The notes below the pieces were generated by a model. That model searched no databases, had not been told where the DNA came from, and saw only the letters and a list, made by a program, of their open reading frames with translations. Of a stretch of 64,000 nucleotides of DNA, positions 1 to 13,271 are shown piece after piece (within the stretch, counting starts at the first letter, position 1; every line of letters starts with the position of its first letter). Source of the stretch: Oikopleura dioica (lineage: Eukaryota; Animalia; Chordata). Location of the stretch: assembly GCA_907165135.1 (NCBI GenBank), contig OU015567.1, forward strand, positions 3,906,001 to 3,970,000, written 5' to 3'. The translations under genes were made by a program, and so were the position numbers.

Positions 1-560
1 GGTAGGTCATATCGTTAACGTAGGTTCCGAATGATTTGTAGTCCTGGAAAATTTTATTATAAGAGATTATGCGATAGATGTGAACACTAATGTCGAAAAA
101 CGCGATAATTCGATGAGCCCTACATTTAAAAATTTCTATTTTTTGACGGAATTAAAGATTATGGTCTTTTTAAAATACTTTCCTTTTGAAGAACCTTCAA
201 GTTTCCATACAAGAAAGTCGACTTCTTGCCAATATCCAACGCTTCTTTTCGCATTTTCAAATCACTGAAAATAGGTGTCCTCATCAGCCGTTTTCACCTA
301 ACCCTAACCTGGCAAATTGCTCGTCCATTTTCTTGACGACAAGTTCCCGTTGCGCAAGAGTGATTGGCATATTTGCTGATTTTCTCTGTCAGAATTTCAC
401 TCAGAGTCCTTTTGATAAATGACTAACTTATCAACGGAAAAGTCTGCACCTTTGATATGAGAGACAGGTCAAATCGTTTGCAGCTCGTCAATTCGGTGTC
501 ATCGCCTCCGAGGGGGAAGCGGGCTTCTATTCTTGTCTTACTGTCACAAGCAGTAAAGAG
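1..560 (-). CDS. Probable partial multi-exon gene of unknown function running off the window start
   Basis: Stop-free minus-strand segments bounded by plausible donors/acceptors (GLFTACDSKTRIEARFPLGG..., RKSANMPITLAQRELVVKK..., DLKMRKEALDIGKK...); no family recognised. Confidence 0.3.
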
Positions 561-885
561 TCCTTACTAAGGATGACTAATTGAACCTTTGAAAACTCAG
601 AAGAACTAGAAAAAAGGCTCTTTATCAGTCCCCAGATTTGGAGACAAAAACCTTAACCGAAAGGTTTATTGCTGAGATGACATTAAAAAGGAGATAGAAC
701 AGAGGCAAAAGTGTCAACTTGACTAAACTCAGAAAAAGGCAAGTCCATCTGAACAGCATTTTAGACGACTCAAATGGAAAAAGAGAGCGAAAATGCAAAT
801 TTTCAAACTAGAATCAGGGTAATTCAAATGATATTCAATCACACGGAAATCAAATTTTGTGATAAACAATAAGCAATAATTAAAG

Positions 886-3800
886 TGCCTTGATTGCGAC
901 TGCATCGGTGTTTTGAGAAGAAAAGGGGAGAAGGCGTATCTTTTCCCCGAAGAAGTCTTGACAACGCGAAGCATTCATACTCAAGAAAGAGATGTAAAAA
1001 AGGAGAAATCATGGAAGAAAAAAGTGACTGAACAACTGAGCCTGGCGAAGCATGGAAGCTCAACTAACAAGCAGCTTCGCAGTTACGTATTTCTTGGCTC
1101 TTTATTTTGGATAACAGTCATTCTTATTGGTAATTCTTTTTCAAAATAAATTTTTCAATCAGATCTGCATTTAGCCAATATCAAATCTCTTGAAAAATCC
1201 CGAGGCGTCAAAACCTTCCTTACTTCGACTTGTCACCGCAATTACAAAAAATGCGTTCAAATAGCAAGCATGGACTTCTGTGGCTATTTGATGAAGCAAT
1301 GTCATGAAACACAAGAGTTCATCCTTCCTGAGCCAGTTTCCATGATCGAAGCAACGAAAAAGAAGCTCGAAAGCTTTTCGTCCGAAGAAAATGAAGTGAA
1401 TCTCCGCCGCTGCCAGAAGAAGCAGTTTTACGACCAAAAGGTCTGCCGCCATCTCTGTTCAAAAACGCTTGTTTTGGAATCAACGAGGAGGAATCCGATT
1501 TCGCCCTGTGAGCTGATTTGCTTTGAGCTGACTCGATCTTTTGATGCTTCTGGAGAGGTTTGCCCATTTCAAAAATATTGTAAAAATGGTTGCCCTTGTC
1601 CTTTTTACGAGTGTGAGAAAATACAGTCCCGGCAGACAATGATTCCTGTTTTCGATTTGCAGGAAAGAAGGGAAAAAGCGAGAGTCGGAAATATTGAATT
1701 AATTACTCGCCGGTGGGAAGATTTGAGGAGAGATAAATCGAAAAATTACGATTGGGAATTTCCGATTGTATTTTCCGATTTCAGTGAAAACAGTAAACAA
1801 ATAAGAATAAATACTTCAGATTCATTATACGGTGATAATTTATACCACTATGAAAGTTTTTCTCAATTTCATTCATTATGATTACTTACTGAAGTTCTTA
1901 ACCGGTAAATCACGAAAAACAAAAAAGTCAACCGGTGCGACTTTTCTCAATGGCGAGCACTACCTGGTCGATGCAATTGGTAATATGATGAAAGTGAAAG
2001 AAAATGGCGATGCACCGGTTTTTTTACCTAGTCAGCTAAAAAGCATGTAAGCTCAATAAAGCAAATGCTCAATGTATGTGCCATTTCAATCTTAATTTTT
2101 CAGAGGATTCTTTGTTTTCCACTTTGGATCGTCGATTGGAACTCATTTTATTGAGATTTTTCTTGAAGAAGATGAGAAAAAGATCTTTCCTGTCGTCGTT
2201 ATTTGAAAACGGTCAACAGAGCATGATTCTTTGATACAATTCGTTGTTTTGACCACTTAAAAGTTCACCAACAGGAAGAGAGGATAAGTGCTACTACTAC
2301 GCGCCAGAATACAACTTGGATCGTTTTGAGGAAGCGCAAGGATTTATTGCGAGCAAGCATTTCAACGCAAAAGTTTCTTCTATCAGCTTCAAAGGAGTGT
2401 TTAACTTGATGAGCGTCAAGCTTGGGGATCATTACATAAAGCTCTCGACGACCATTGCATTGAACAAAATAAGAAGGAGCGAAGAATTGGAGAAGGGGTG
2501 GAGGAAAAATGAGATTCACTTGCCAGCAGAATTCAGAGGCTTGGATCCTGTTCATATTATTCCTTTGAAAAGGGTTTAAGAGATTTCGCTGTTATAAAAT
2601 TTTATTCACTTCAAACTCGAAAAAGACAGATTCAGGAAAGCTTCTTCTGATTCTTGTCACACGAAGCATTGCCCTCTCCAACACACTTTATTCAGTGTTG
2701 CTGGAAGCTGGGGGAAAATTTCTCACTCTCGGTAGCGAGTGGGTCGGGTCTCTTGTGAAATATGAGCAAGAGTCCATCTGTTACTCGGAATTGTTTGCCC
2801 GGGATGATCTGAACTACACCGACCATTTTGGCCATAACAACGACGAATGCGAGTATTTCGGAAACGGAATTATTTATGATGAGATGGTCTTTATTCAAAA
2901 TTACGTTTTCGGCACCATTTTTCAAGTCGAATTCGATTTCGAAAAAGTCCAGCTCGAATTCTTTCAAAAGAACTTGACGGAGAAAATACACGTGACAAGC
3001 AATCCCTTCTTCGCTTTTCACGACGATGTTTTTCCCGCTTTCGCCAAGAACACAATCTTTCAACCAGAATTTTCACGCACGAGCTACTATCACAAAACAA
3101 TCATTCCGGATAACTTCTTCTCTTCTCTTGAAGAGTTCAAGCATATCTCCACTCTTGAGTTGGAAATGGAAGGCAAAGAAAATTTCAATTTCATCTTACG
3201 CGCTCAAGATTCCAAAGAAACCAAGGTTTTTGAGCTGCAATTCTACGATGGAAAAGTTCTCATCCGCTCTGGAATTTTTCAAAATGGAACGGTTTGGTTC
3301 GAATCTGATTATTTTGTTGGGCGATTTATGTTCGAATCAGAGGGGGAAGAATCGGAGTTTCGGATCACTCTGCATCATTTGTTCAATTCTAGTGTTGTTG
3401 AACTTCTTGATAATCCAAAGAAATATGGTGGAAGAAAATCGAGAGTTGAAATAAGTGGGCTTGACAAAATCGAAGACAGGAGAGTCCGCGTTTTTAAAGT
3501 TGATCGCGAAGTGATGATTAAAAATATTATTTACTCCATTACCGATTTGAAATCAAGACAAATAAATGTTTTGCGTTCCGATACTTTTGACGAATACGCA
3601 CCTTTTTCAATTTTACCTGCTGATGGATCTACAAATAGAAATTTCCGAATTAAAGCTCCTTTTGGCTATGCAGGAGATGCTTATTGGGAAGGCTCAAAAC
3701 ACGCGCTGGTAAGGGATCGACTCTATATTTTTGGAGGGCATCATGATGCGACTGTTGCAAAAGGGTGTATCACAAGTTCTGATTGGATAGTTGGCTGTGG

Positions 3801-5553
3801 TTCGTATAAAGTAAGATAAGACAATCAAGCAAGCCTTAAAATTATGTTTCAACAGATTGCTCGATTAGATGGATGCTTCTTTACGGAACTGAGTTTACAG
3901 CTTTCTTATGAGTACTCAGTTATTTTCGGAGGCCATGCTGCTTTAAGGATATAGCCGTTCTCAAGGCACTTTCGTAGCGCCGAAATGTGACGATAAAATT
4001 TTTTCATTTCAAGACAGGTCCTACCTAAAATTATGTCTAGAATTCGATTCTGATGTTTTTTAAAATTTTTTTCAAAGAAAATTTCTCTCTGGAGCGATTT
4101 GAAATCTTACGATCACTTTTTCTCGAAATTTTTCAATTAAATCGCTAAAACTAAACCGTGTCTTATTATAAATAACTGCTAATCTATCTTCCTAGGGCCT
4201 CGAAATTTCAAAACCCGAGCAAATTTTCATTCTAGCGTCTTCTTCTTTTTGGCTTTTCTTTTTCATAAATGCTGCGTTCAGGGCGCTCGACCAATCAGCG
4301 CGCTCTTTCACATGCGCGCCTCACCGCGCGATGGAGGAGGGCGCCCAGCGCAGCAAACCAGAGCGCTGTCTGACGCTTCGGCTTACTCAAGTAAGCCTCA
4401 TAAAAATGGCTCTAGAATCATAAATAATTGGAATCTATTTAATTTTAGACCCTAGGAATGTAGTGAAAGGTCCAAATTTTTAATTTATCAAAAAAACTCG
4501 ACTGATTTAATGGAAAATTCTCGAGAAAAAGTGATCGTAAGATTTAAAATTGGTCTAGAGAGAAATTTTTCCATTTAAAAAATAAAAAGAACACAAGAAT
4601 CGGGTTTCTTAGGCAATTTTAGGTAGGGTTCCTTTTGAAATGAAAAAATTTTATCGTCCCCTTTTGGCGCTACGAAAGTGCCTTGAGAACGGCTATATCC
4701 TTAACTCTTGAAGGTGGCGATCAAGGTTCTCATGAAAAATTTGACGTTCAAAGTCAGTATAAAGAAATAAAGCTCGTTTTAGCTATTATTTGTTTTGGAA
4801 GACCAAAACCACCTAACCATTTGTCTGAGAAGGGGTACTGTGAAATATTCGACGAATTTACAGTAAAGAAGACATTTACCAAGATAAGACAAGTTACCGA
4901 CAGCTCTCAATTGGCGCTTTACAACGGGCGTCCTACAGTGATCGGCGAATATGCAACTGAAGTGGAGACATATACAAAAAAAGGAAAATGGACTCGTTTG
5001 CCGAATCATCCGAGGTTGACCAGTAAAAAAAGTTTTTTATTAAATGTTAGAACGATTGCTTGTTTTTCTGCGATCGGGCTGCCTTCAGGAAGCCTTTTAA
5101 CTATTAGTGGAGAGGATTATGAATCGCGGTACTATTCTAAAGAAATTTGGCGACTAAAGAATAACAAGTGGTCTTTGATGGGCTCTCTTTTATATGTAAT
5201 TTAAACTTCTCTTTTTACCCTCTATATTTTTTATTTTTTAAGTCTGTAATTCAATCATCAGCAATATTAATGGACGATTCCGTCTTTGTTTTTCCTGGCT
5301 ATTTCGATTACATGGACATTTATAATGGTCTTCTTGATCGGGGCTATTATCCTGTTCAAAAAGTCACTTTAGGAAGAGTTAGAATTGTTCAAAAATGTGC
5401 AAAATTCTCACATTTTATTTTGTTTCTGTTTTAATCCTCAATCAAGACTCAAATGAAAATTTCGTTTCAACGGAAATAATTACTGCTGGCAATGAGAATG
5501 GAGTCTTATATCCGATGGTATTTGAAACGCCTGTTGGTTATTGTAGTCTGTAG
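886..5553 (+). CDS. Large multi-exon Cys-rich plus Kelch-like beta-propeller protein (lineage-specific), interrupted by a MITE
   Basis: Cys motif CPFQKYCKNGCPCPFYECEK; Kelch-like segments RLYIFGG, IARLDGCFFTEL, GGHAAL-TLEGGDQAIICFG, LALYNGRPTVIG, WTRLPNHP, WSLMGSL; last exon ends PMVFETPVGYCSL* at 5553; 5' end uncertain. Confidence 0.55.
3947..4700. mobile_element. MITE-like non-autonomous DNA transposon with TTAA target duplication (Kolobok/piggyBac-type target)
   Basis: TTAA at 3943-3946 and 4701-4704; perfect 35-bp TIR GGATATAGCCGTTCTCAAGGCACTTTCGTAGCGCC extending imperfectly to ~200 bp; removal restores the reading frame GHAAL-TLEGG. Confidence 0.9.
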
Positions 5554-5744
5554 ATTCTAAACCTTTTGAAGATGATATGAGCAAATAAAAGTCATCAATT
5601 TTAAGTTTTCCAATTTATTCAGAAATATGTTTCTTTAAATAGAATACAGATAAAGACAGGTAAACGAAAATAACTTTAGCTCGTAAATTTAAAAGAAGGA
5701 TAACTGTGATCTAAAAGTAAAATGAAAAGCCAATGAAAATATTT

Positions 5745-6813
5745 CTAGGCGGCAATATTCATGTTCTTCATCCATTTCTGCAGCTCGATTCCTTCTTCCT
5801 TCGTTGGCTCCACCGAATTTCGGTCTTTCTCGTTAGCATATTTGGCCTTCATTTCCTCCAGTTCCTGTCGAAGAGAAGCGTTCGTCTTTTTCTCCTTCTC
5901 CAGTTGTTCCATCAAGCTTATTTCCGACTCACAAGCTTGCAGCTAAAAATCCATTTTTCCCTTCAAAAATCAGCTTCAATTCTACCTTTTTCTTCGTTGA
6001 TTCCCGCGCGCCAAGAAGAGCGAATAGTTTCAGCTCTAGAATCTTGTCCTTCAGCAGCTTTTTCTGATCCTCGACGTTTTCTCGCGCCTTTTTGTACCTG
6101 TTTCTTTCTTCTTTGATTGTTTCGTTTTTAACCGAAAGCTGGGCGGTGACATCGATGAGTTTCTTTCGCATAAAAGTGTTGACTTCGCTCTCTTCCTCGA
6201 GTTTTTTGATCAGATCGGTTTCGCATTTCAAGGCGGCTTTCTTAATTTTACGATGAAAATTGAGCACCATTTTGAGTGTCATATTGTTTAATAAACCCTT
6301 TGGACTCACCTCTAAAGTCTTCACATGTTTGTCGAGCTTTGAAATGACTTCTTTGAGCTCTTTTATCGCAGCTGCGTGGTCCTTCTTCGTATCAGTGTAG
6401 AGCTTCTGGAAGTGGCGCATCATTTTGAGACAGCACTGAATGAAGATATTCCCTGTTTTCTGAAGATGCGCTAGTACCTTTTGATGCTGATCAATGATCG
6501 CGTTTTTACCGATGGATTTTTCTGCCAGAGTCATGCAATCGTCAATTGAACCAAGTGCCTTCTCGAGAATCGAAGTGATGAGGTCCTTTGACTCGGAATC
6601 TGGCACAGTATTGTTCACTCTTGCTGATCTGAGTTGAAAAACTGAAAGATTACGCTTTCTTCTCAATTTTGTCAACTCAGTTCCTAGTTCGAGGAATTCT
6701 TCCATCCTCTCTTTGTAAATTTCGATCGTATCTCTGAGGTTCTGCTCGTCCTGTTTCAATTGTTCCTTATGATCAAGATAGTCACTCTGCATTTTGTTTA
6801 AAGCCGCCTGCAT
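5745..6813 (-). CDS. Coiled-coil protein of unknown function
   Basis: 294-aa heptad-rich ORF 5929-6813 plus a terminal exon LQACESEISLMEQLEKEKK...MKNMNIAA* ending at 5745; 5' end may extend upstream. Confidence 0.6.
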
Positions 6814-7242
6814 CTTTCTTTCTTTTTCTCTCTTTTTTTCTCTAGCTGCGATAAAATAAAAATGAAGAAATGACGAAAGGTGAGAGAATCTTTTTAGCGG
6901 TTCTAGAAAAAATCTCAGAAGAAGAAACCTTTTGTGGTCCCGGAGATTCTAGAAATCAGGAGGCATTTTGAATGAATTGTTCGAGCTAACCGACTCTAGT
7001 CCTGACTTTATCAATAAACTTGCTCTTATTTATAAACACTTATTCATTAATTTGTTTTCGGAAGAAAAAGGTCAGTATTTTATTTAAGCATACAGAAAGT
7101 GCAAAATTATGGAAATGCATTTTTATAAATATAGATTTTTGAGCGGCGTAGTAATATTTTTGAGAATCATCGAGTGTTTATAGCGGCGCTGGAATTTGTA
7201 TGTTGTTGCATAAATAACTCTTCATTGTGGAGCGAAATCTTT

Positions 7243-9179
7243 TCATACAGGGGACTCTAGAAATTCAGTTAAGAAATGGGGCAAAAAGGAGCCTCCTATT
7301 TAAGGATAAGCGTCTGTACGTACCTGCTTGATTCAAGTCCAATTTGAATCGAAAACTCTTTGGGTCGATGTACTCATCGTGAAGTACCAGAGTCGGTTGT
7401 TTTCTTACAGTAACGATGAGCTTGTAATCCGACTGTATAATCTCGAACGTCACTCCCGCTCGAATTCCGGAAAGAAGTGGCTCGTCGCAGGAAACCGACC
7501 AGGCGGCGTTGTCCAGCAGATGGCCGGGATAAGTTATCGAAGGCTGAGGGGAGAGATATTTCGCGAGAAAGCCGCGGGGGCCTATGCCGTGGCGGAAGCA
7601 GAAAGAAAGGTGGTCGAGGACGTCTTCGCGAGTGTAGTGCTGATGCTGCCTAAGGAGCAGGAATAATAAGGGGAAAATTGAGAGCTTTCTAGTACCTCGT
7701 CGTTCTAAGATATTTTTGCATGCTTCTCGCCATCGTTGGCCACAATTCTTCCGCGACTTCTCTGGCCGAGTGATTGCTGTTGATGTCTCGGTGGACAACG
7801 GTGAAGGCATCGTCGACGGCGCACTCAAGTCTTGAGCGGCGTTTTCTGATTCTTCGCTCTCGCTCCACCTAAAATTCATGATCAAAAAAGGAAAGAAGAG
7901 AAGGCCAACATCATGGAAGTATCGTTCATTCTGGCCAGCATCTCTTCTTCTAGCAGCGGCGGTTATGATCGCTTTTGCGTCTGCTTCTTCATCTAAAAGT
8001 CCTGATTAAGATTTTCTGTAGCCGCATGCGGCTTTTTTGGCCGAAAAACTTGATGAAAAAAGGCGAAAATAATCAATTTTTCATACCTGGATGATGATTT
8101 TCTCCCGTTTCGTCGATGTTGTAAACTTTGAAAGAGCTCGATCTGACCCTGTAGCTGCTTTTTGAGCGATACTGTAGCGCTGGATTGTACAGTGGAAAGT
8201 CTCGGTAGTATTTTTGAAGAACATAAGCGGCTGTAGCTTGAATAGAATTTGCCCCAGCGTTGTAATATCGTGTATCGCCATCTGTCGATCTATTTTTCGC
8301 GTTAAAACGACTGTAAATCGCTTGACCGTATCAAACCTGGTGACTTCTAGCAAGTAAACTGTATGTTTGCATCGCAGGTACAAAATCACCAGCCCGAGAT
8401 AGTGAAGAAACAGGAGGACATCGACATAACAGCTGGTAAAGACGATGATGGGCGCGTAGTCCCACTGGTTCCAGTGAATCACTTTGAAAGCGTAGAAAAG
8501 CCAGAAGATTGAAATAACGGCGAAAGAAACTGCTGAAACGAGCAGGCGGTAGAGATTGATAGATGGTAGCCGCGCGATTCGCGTTTCTTTGAAAGGTTTC
8601 AGTTTCTATTCAAAAAAGTCGAGAAAGCCGCTTCTGGGATCAAATATAACAGTTATTTTATAGTTACTATAAAATCTTTCCTGAAGATAGATAAACTGCA
8701 GTAGCAAACATCAGAATCATCAGCTTCACCGCTATTGCTATTAGTTGCCCTTGAAAACCTAAAAAAAAACATGAATTTCTTGATCTGAAACGAACGAATT
8801 TACCAATATCGGTGAAGTTTTGAGAGATTGGCTCATAATCGCCCGGAATTTCCGTTTCAAAAAGCTGCGGGATGAATTTCGGCAGCGTCAGGAACAAAAT
8901 CGGAGAAATGTAGACAAAAATCGTGAAGGTGACTGTCAAGAAGAACTGAAGCGAGCATCTGGAACAGGAACGCGTCGGAGCGGAGCGGTCGATTTGAAAT
9001 TTTAGCAGGTCTTTGTTCGAAACGATGGAAGTGGCTTCCGATGTCGCAAATGTTTCATTTTCTCCGGGGTAACGAGAATCGGCCTCTTCATTTTCATTTT
9101 CTGGATTGAGGAGATTTTCGCAACTGTTTTCTTCAGATGCACTTTGATTTTCTCGATTTTTGGGCTTTCGGCGGGGCAT
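7243..9179 (-). CDS. vangl: Vang-like / Strabismus planar cell polarity protein
   Basis: N-terminal TSEATSIVS motif, TM helices (YISPILFLTLP), C-terminal LDHLSFC...FLAKYL...WSVSCDEPL...DPKSFRFKL; spliced C-terminus QAESPV* is a class I PDZ ligand like ETSV. Confidence 0.88.
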
Positions 9180-9677
9180 TTCTTTTTCTTTCTTTCTCGA
9201 ATTACATTTTTGAAATCTGAAAAGATGGAATTCTAATTCTAGCGCCAGGCGTTGCCTCAAATGCTCTTTTGTGGGTAAACACAGAGGTTAGTACAGACAA
9301 AAGGATAATTCAATACAGACTGACGTCATGGAGCTTTTCCATCACATTTCAGGGAAAGATAGCTGCATCTTCATTATTGAAATTTTAATCGTAATATCAT
9401 TTTAGCAGAAATATATCTATTTCTTACTGAAAGGCTTTTCTTAAACTTTAACCCGAGGAATTTGTTTCATTTTTTTTATTTTCAATTGTTCTTCTTTTTC
9501 TTCATTCTGATTTTGTCTCTAGAAAAGCAGCGATAAGTGCAAAACACATCAATTTGAGAAATCTAACACGGCATTTCCCGCGGCCCTTGGCTGGCGGCGG
9601 AGGACTTTTCTTTCTTTGCGGTTCAAGCTCTCCCACCGCGCTTCGGAGGACTCTCTTCCGCTGCGTTAGCTCCTTAG

Positions 9678-10993
9678 TTGCTGGAAGAGCTTTTTCTTCG
9701 CCAAAATGTCATCGGTGGCGATGGTAATTTTGAGTATCCATACAGAACCGACGGGTTAGTTTTCTGTGCCGAAGATGTGAACGCAAATCATGTTGATTTT
9801 ATCGAAGATGTAGTTGTAAATAATAGGCGGCTTAATGTAAGAGGAAGCGCTGCTTTTGTGCATGCTGACTATCCTACTCATCTTCAACGATTGTTATTTG
9901 GTGGTCAATTTAGCACAACGCATGTCTTATCGATAATCCCAAAAGAAGAAAATACCCTTGTACTTGAGCCACTCGTCGATCTTATTGAAGATGAACATGT
10001 GAAAGAAAAATGGATGATTCCAGCTTCTGCGAATGTCGATTATTATGGAAATCCTATTCTTGAATACGGAAAGAGCAAACACGAAGGCGTAACCTGTGCG
10101 GATTACACAATCTGTTCTGGGAGGAACTTTCTTATCGGAGGTGAAATTACCCGCAATACAAAGAGCAGATCTATTCTTGAGTGGACTGAAATAGGATTCT
10201 CTACCAGTAAGTCACCTTTCTATCGTTTATTTTTCGAAGAAATATATTAAAATAATTCGCCCTTATTTAAATAAATATGAAAAACGGTAAATTTCGAGTT
10301 TCAACAATATTTAAGTTCAATTTTATCTCATTTACGGTCGCGCAAATACCGCGGCAGTCAGTGGAGTGAACCATCTATGCAATGGAATATTTGTTATTGC
10401 TGGAGAAGGAAATACCCCTTTTGATACGGTTGACCCGTTCGGAAGAGTGACATCAACTGAATGCTTTGATGGACAGATTTCAACGATCATTCCAGAAATG
10501 GATATTTCGAACATTTTTTCTGGGCTACATCGACACACAGCTGTGATTGTCAGGAAAGATGATCAATCTGGAGATGATATTTATGTTCTAGGAGGTAGAA
10601 TTCATGATACTCTTTGAGAAAATATTTTTAAAAGGGGTTGCAATGTCGAGAAATGGAGGAAGTGCCTCCTCGGTTGATAGAATTATTCGATTTCGAAATG
10701 ATGAAAATCAATGGAATAATGCTGGACAGATGCTGAGAAAAATAGCTGGTCACAAATCATTTGCTTCTTATCCTCAATCTACTGGAGTCGATAGTTTTGG
10801 CTACTTCAACATTTTCACGATCGGTGGCGAAGGTGGCAATGATATTCCAATGCAAAGATGTGACGAGTACGGTTACTGCTATAAAGTCGAAACTGAAACT
10901 TTTGACAATCGAGTTGGAGCAAGTATCATGCTTTTCAACGCGAACGAATTTAATTTGAACTATCTTCCTCTCTACGAGGATCACTGTCCCTGA
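9678..10993 (+). CDS. Multi-exon protein with Kelch-like repeats
   Basis: ORFs 9678-10250, 10366-10617, 10604-10993 with DIYVLGG, QWNNAGQMLRKIAGH and IFTIGGEGG motifs; start not identified. Confidence 0.5.
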
Positions 10994-11098
10994 GTCTTTT
11001 CGAAAATCAATACAAATCAGAGTGATACAAAAATTTTCAATTAACGCAATTAGCCTCAACCTTCTTCAATTCGTTCAAAGCGATTTCAAAAAGAAGAA

Positions 11099-13271
11099 AT
11101 GAAAGGCGCTCAGATTCTGTTTTTATTTTTCACTTCAATTTTCGCATATGAAAGAGAAAAAAGCAACACGGAACTCTTTTATGATCTCATGCAGGGTTAC
11201 GACAAGAACATTCGCCCTTTCTATCTCCAGAAACCGGTGAAAGTCTCAATTGATATTTTCATGAATTCCTTTGGAAGTATCAAGGCTGATGATATGAGCT
11301 ACGCAGTGAACTTGAATTTGCGCCAAAGATGGAATGATCCTCGACTTGATTTTAGCAAGTTGATTCGGGACAAAAGAGGTAAAAAAGAGCATTTGGCAGT
11401 TTTTTTGCGAAAAAATTTTTGCGAAATTATCTCTGCGAAAGTTTTTTTGTGAAACTTATTTTTGCAAAATTTTGATCAAAAATCTTCGTTGATTTCAATT
11501 TTTTCCATTACCAGAATCGATTCCCATTGATGCCTCGCTGCTGGACCGCTTGTGGATGCCCGACCTCATTTTCACTAATGAAAAATCGTCGCGTTTCCAC
11601 AATGTGACCACTGAAAACAAATTGATGCGACTCTCCAAAAACGGCGATGTGTACACTTCTGTAAGTAGGTTCATATGGGATCATGGAGTTTCATATTTTG
11701 ATAAGACAAGAATCAGTGTTGTGATGGCAAGTATGATGAGCTTGGAAAACTTTCCCATGGACTCGCAGACGTTATATGAAGGGGTCTTTTCAGTTCGAAG
11801 CAAAGAGGCTAAGAGGCCATTATCTCCTTTTCGCAGCATAGACCCGTTAAAAAGATGCAGCTAGAATGCTTCACGCGGCCGGATAAAGACATCCAGCTCG
11901 TCTGGTCGCCCCAAAATCCCTTCCAATTCAACGCGAATCTCTCCCTCCCCGATTTCGACTTCGGCTCGTGTTCGGAAAAGAAGCTTCAGCAAGATCTTTT
12001 CTGCCAAATTTTCAACACGCGATAAGACACGAAGAAAATAACTCTGACACGATGCGATAAGAGCTACGAGACGGGAACATACAGGTAAGCACATTCAAGA
12101 AGGAAGGACTTGCTCTTGAAATTCACGATGACGCAAAAGAATTGAAGAATTCTTTCGTAGTTGCATTGAAGCCAAGTTTCCACTCAAACGACTGCTTGGC
12201 TATTACATCATTGGTTTGTATGTTCCTACAGGCTTGGCTGTTGTTCTCTCTTATTTATGGTAAAAATCGACTGATTTTTCGGATCGAAAAGCCGCTTGCG
12301 GCTTCGAGCAAAAAAAAAGAAAGCCGCGCTTCGCGCGGCTAGGTTTGATTCTGACTCGAAGCCGCAAGCGGCTTCTCACTTACAGGATGTGATAACAATA
12401 CTCAAAACTTTTGAGTCAAAACCATTTTTTACCAAAAACAGCTTTCTTTCTGGATCGATCCAAAAAATGCGCCCGCCAGAATCTGCATTGGAATATTCGC
12501 AAATTTGACGGTGAACAAAATGGTCGTTGCGGACAAAAACCTACCGGCCGTCTCATATATTAAAGGTGAGAATCAAGAAGAGGTTAAAGTCTGGAGAATA
12601 AAACAACCGAATTTGAAGCACTTGACATCTGGCTGTTCGCATGTCAGCTATTGACGTTTGTGGCTTTGGTAGAGTACGCCGTTGTGAATGTTCAGCTAAG
12701 GAAAGACCGCTTCAAATGAAGTAGATGGTTTATCTTTCATTGAAAAAGGGGATGAAGAGGGAATAAAAAGAGATGATCATTTATTGATCAAAAATATTCA
12801 TTTTTAATTTTTTCTTTTTTGAAACTGAGTGAGGTTATGTCTGTGAATAAAAACCTGTCTGTATTGAGCAAAAAGTAGGATTGCCCTCATTAAAAAACAG
12901 ACAGATTTAGCGCTTACATTTTCATTGAAAAAGTCGAAAAAAGAATGGAAGTCGAGGACCGCGCCAAAGCGAAAAAGCTGCAGGAAGAAGCTGATGAACG
13001 ATGCCAACAAGAAGCGGAAGAGGAAGAACAGGGCCTGGATGATACGACGTTATGGCTCATGGACATGGTAATTTCCGGGTTGAGAGGGCCTTTCACTATT
13101 TTGATTTTTTAGGTCGGAGTTCGTCCCGAATCCACCCGTCGAAAAGCCACCCCGATTGTCTTTAAAATCACGGACGCTGAAAACATCGACCGAAAATTCA
13201 GAAAAATCTTTCCAGCTGCCTGTGGTCTATTCAACATCATCTACTGGGGATACTGCCTCAATCAAGACTAA
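11099..13271 (+). CDS. Pentameric ligand-gated anion channel subunit, glycine-receptor-like
   Basis: Signal peptide; YDKNIRP, LRQRWNDPRL, WMPDLIFTNEK, NFPMD, loop C RCDKSYETGTYSCIE, M1 GYYIIGLYVP, FWIDPKNAPAR, LPAVSYIKALDIW, LVEYAVVN, M4 IDRKFRKIFP...FNIIYW. Confidence 0.92.

Noticed and set aside
7328-7666. Antisense or overlapping ORFs in the track (also 1171-1452, 42512-42811, 54294-54599 and others)
   Set aside because: They are shadows of real coding exons on the opposite strand or in another frame, with no independent motifs
12287-12375. Rho-independent terminators or bacterial contamination
   Set aside because: The GC-stem/T-tail palindromes sit inside spliceosomal introns of animal genes
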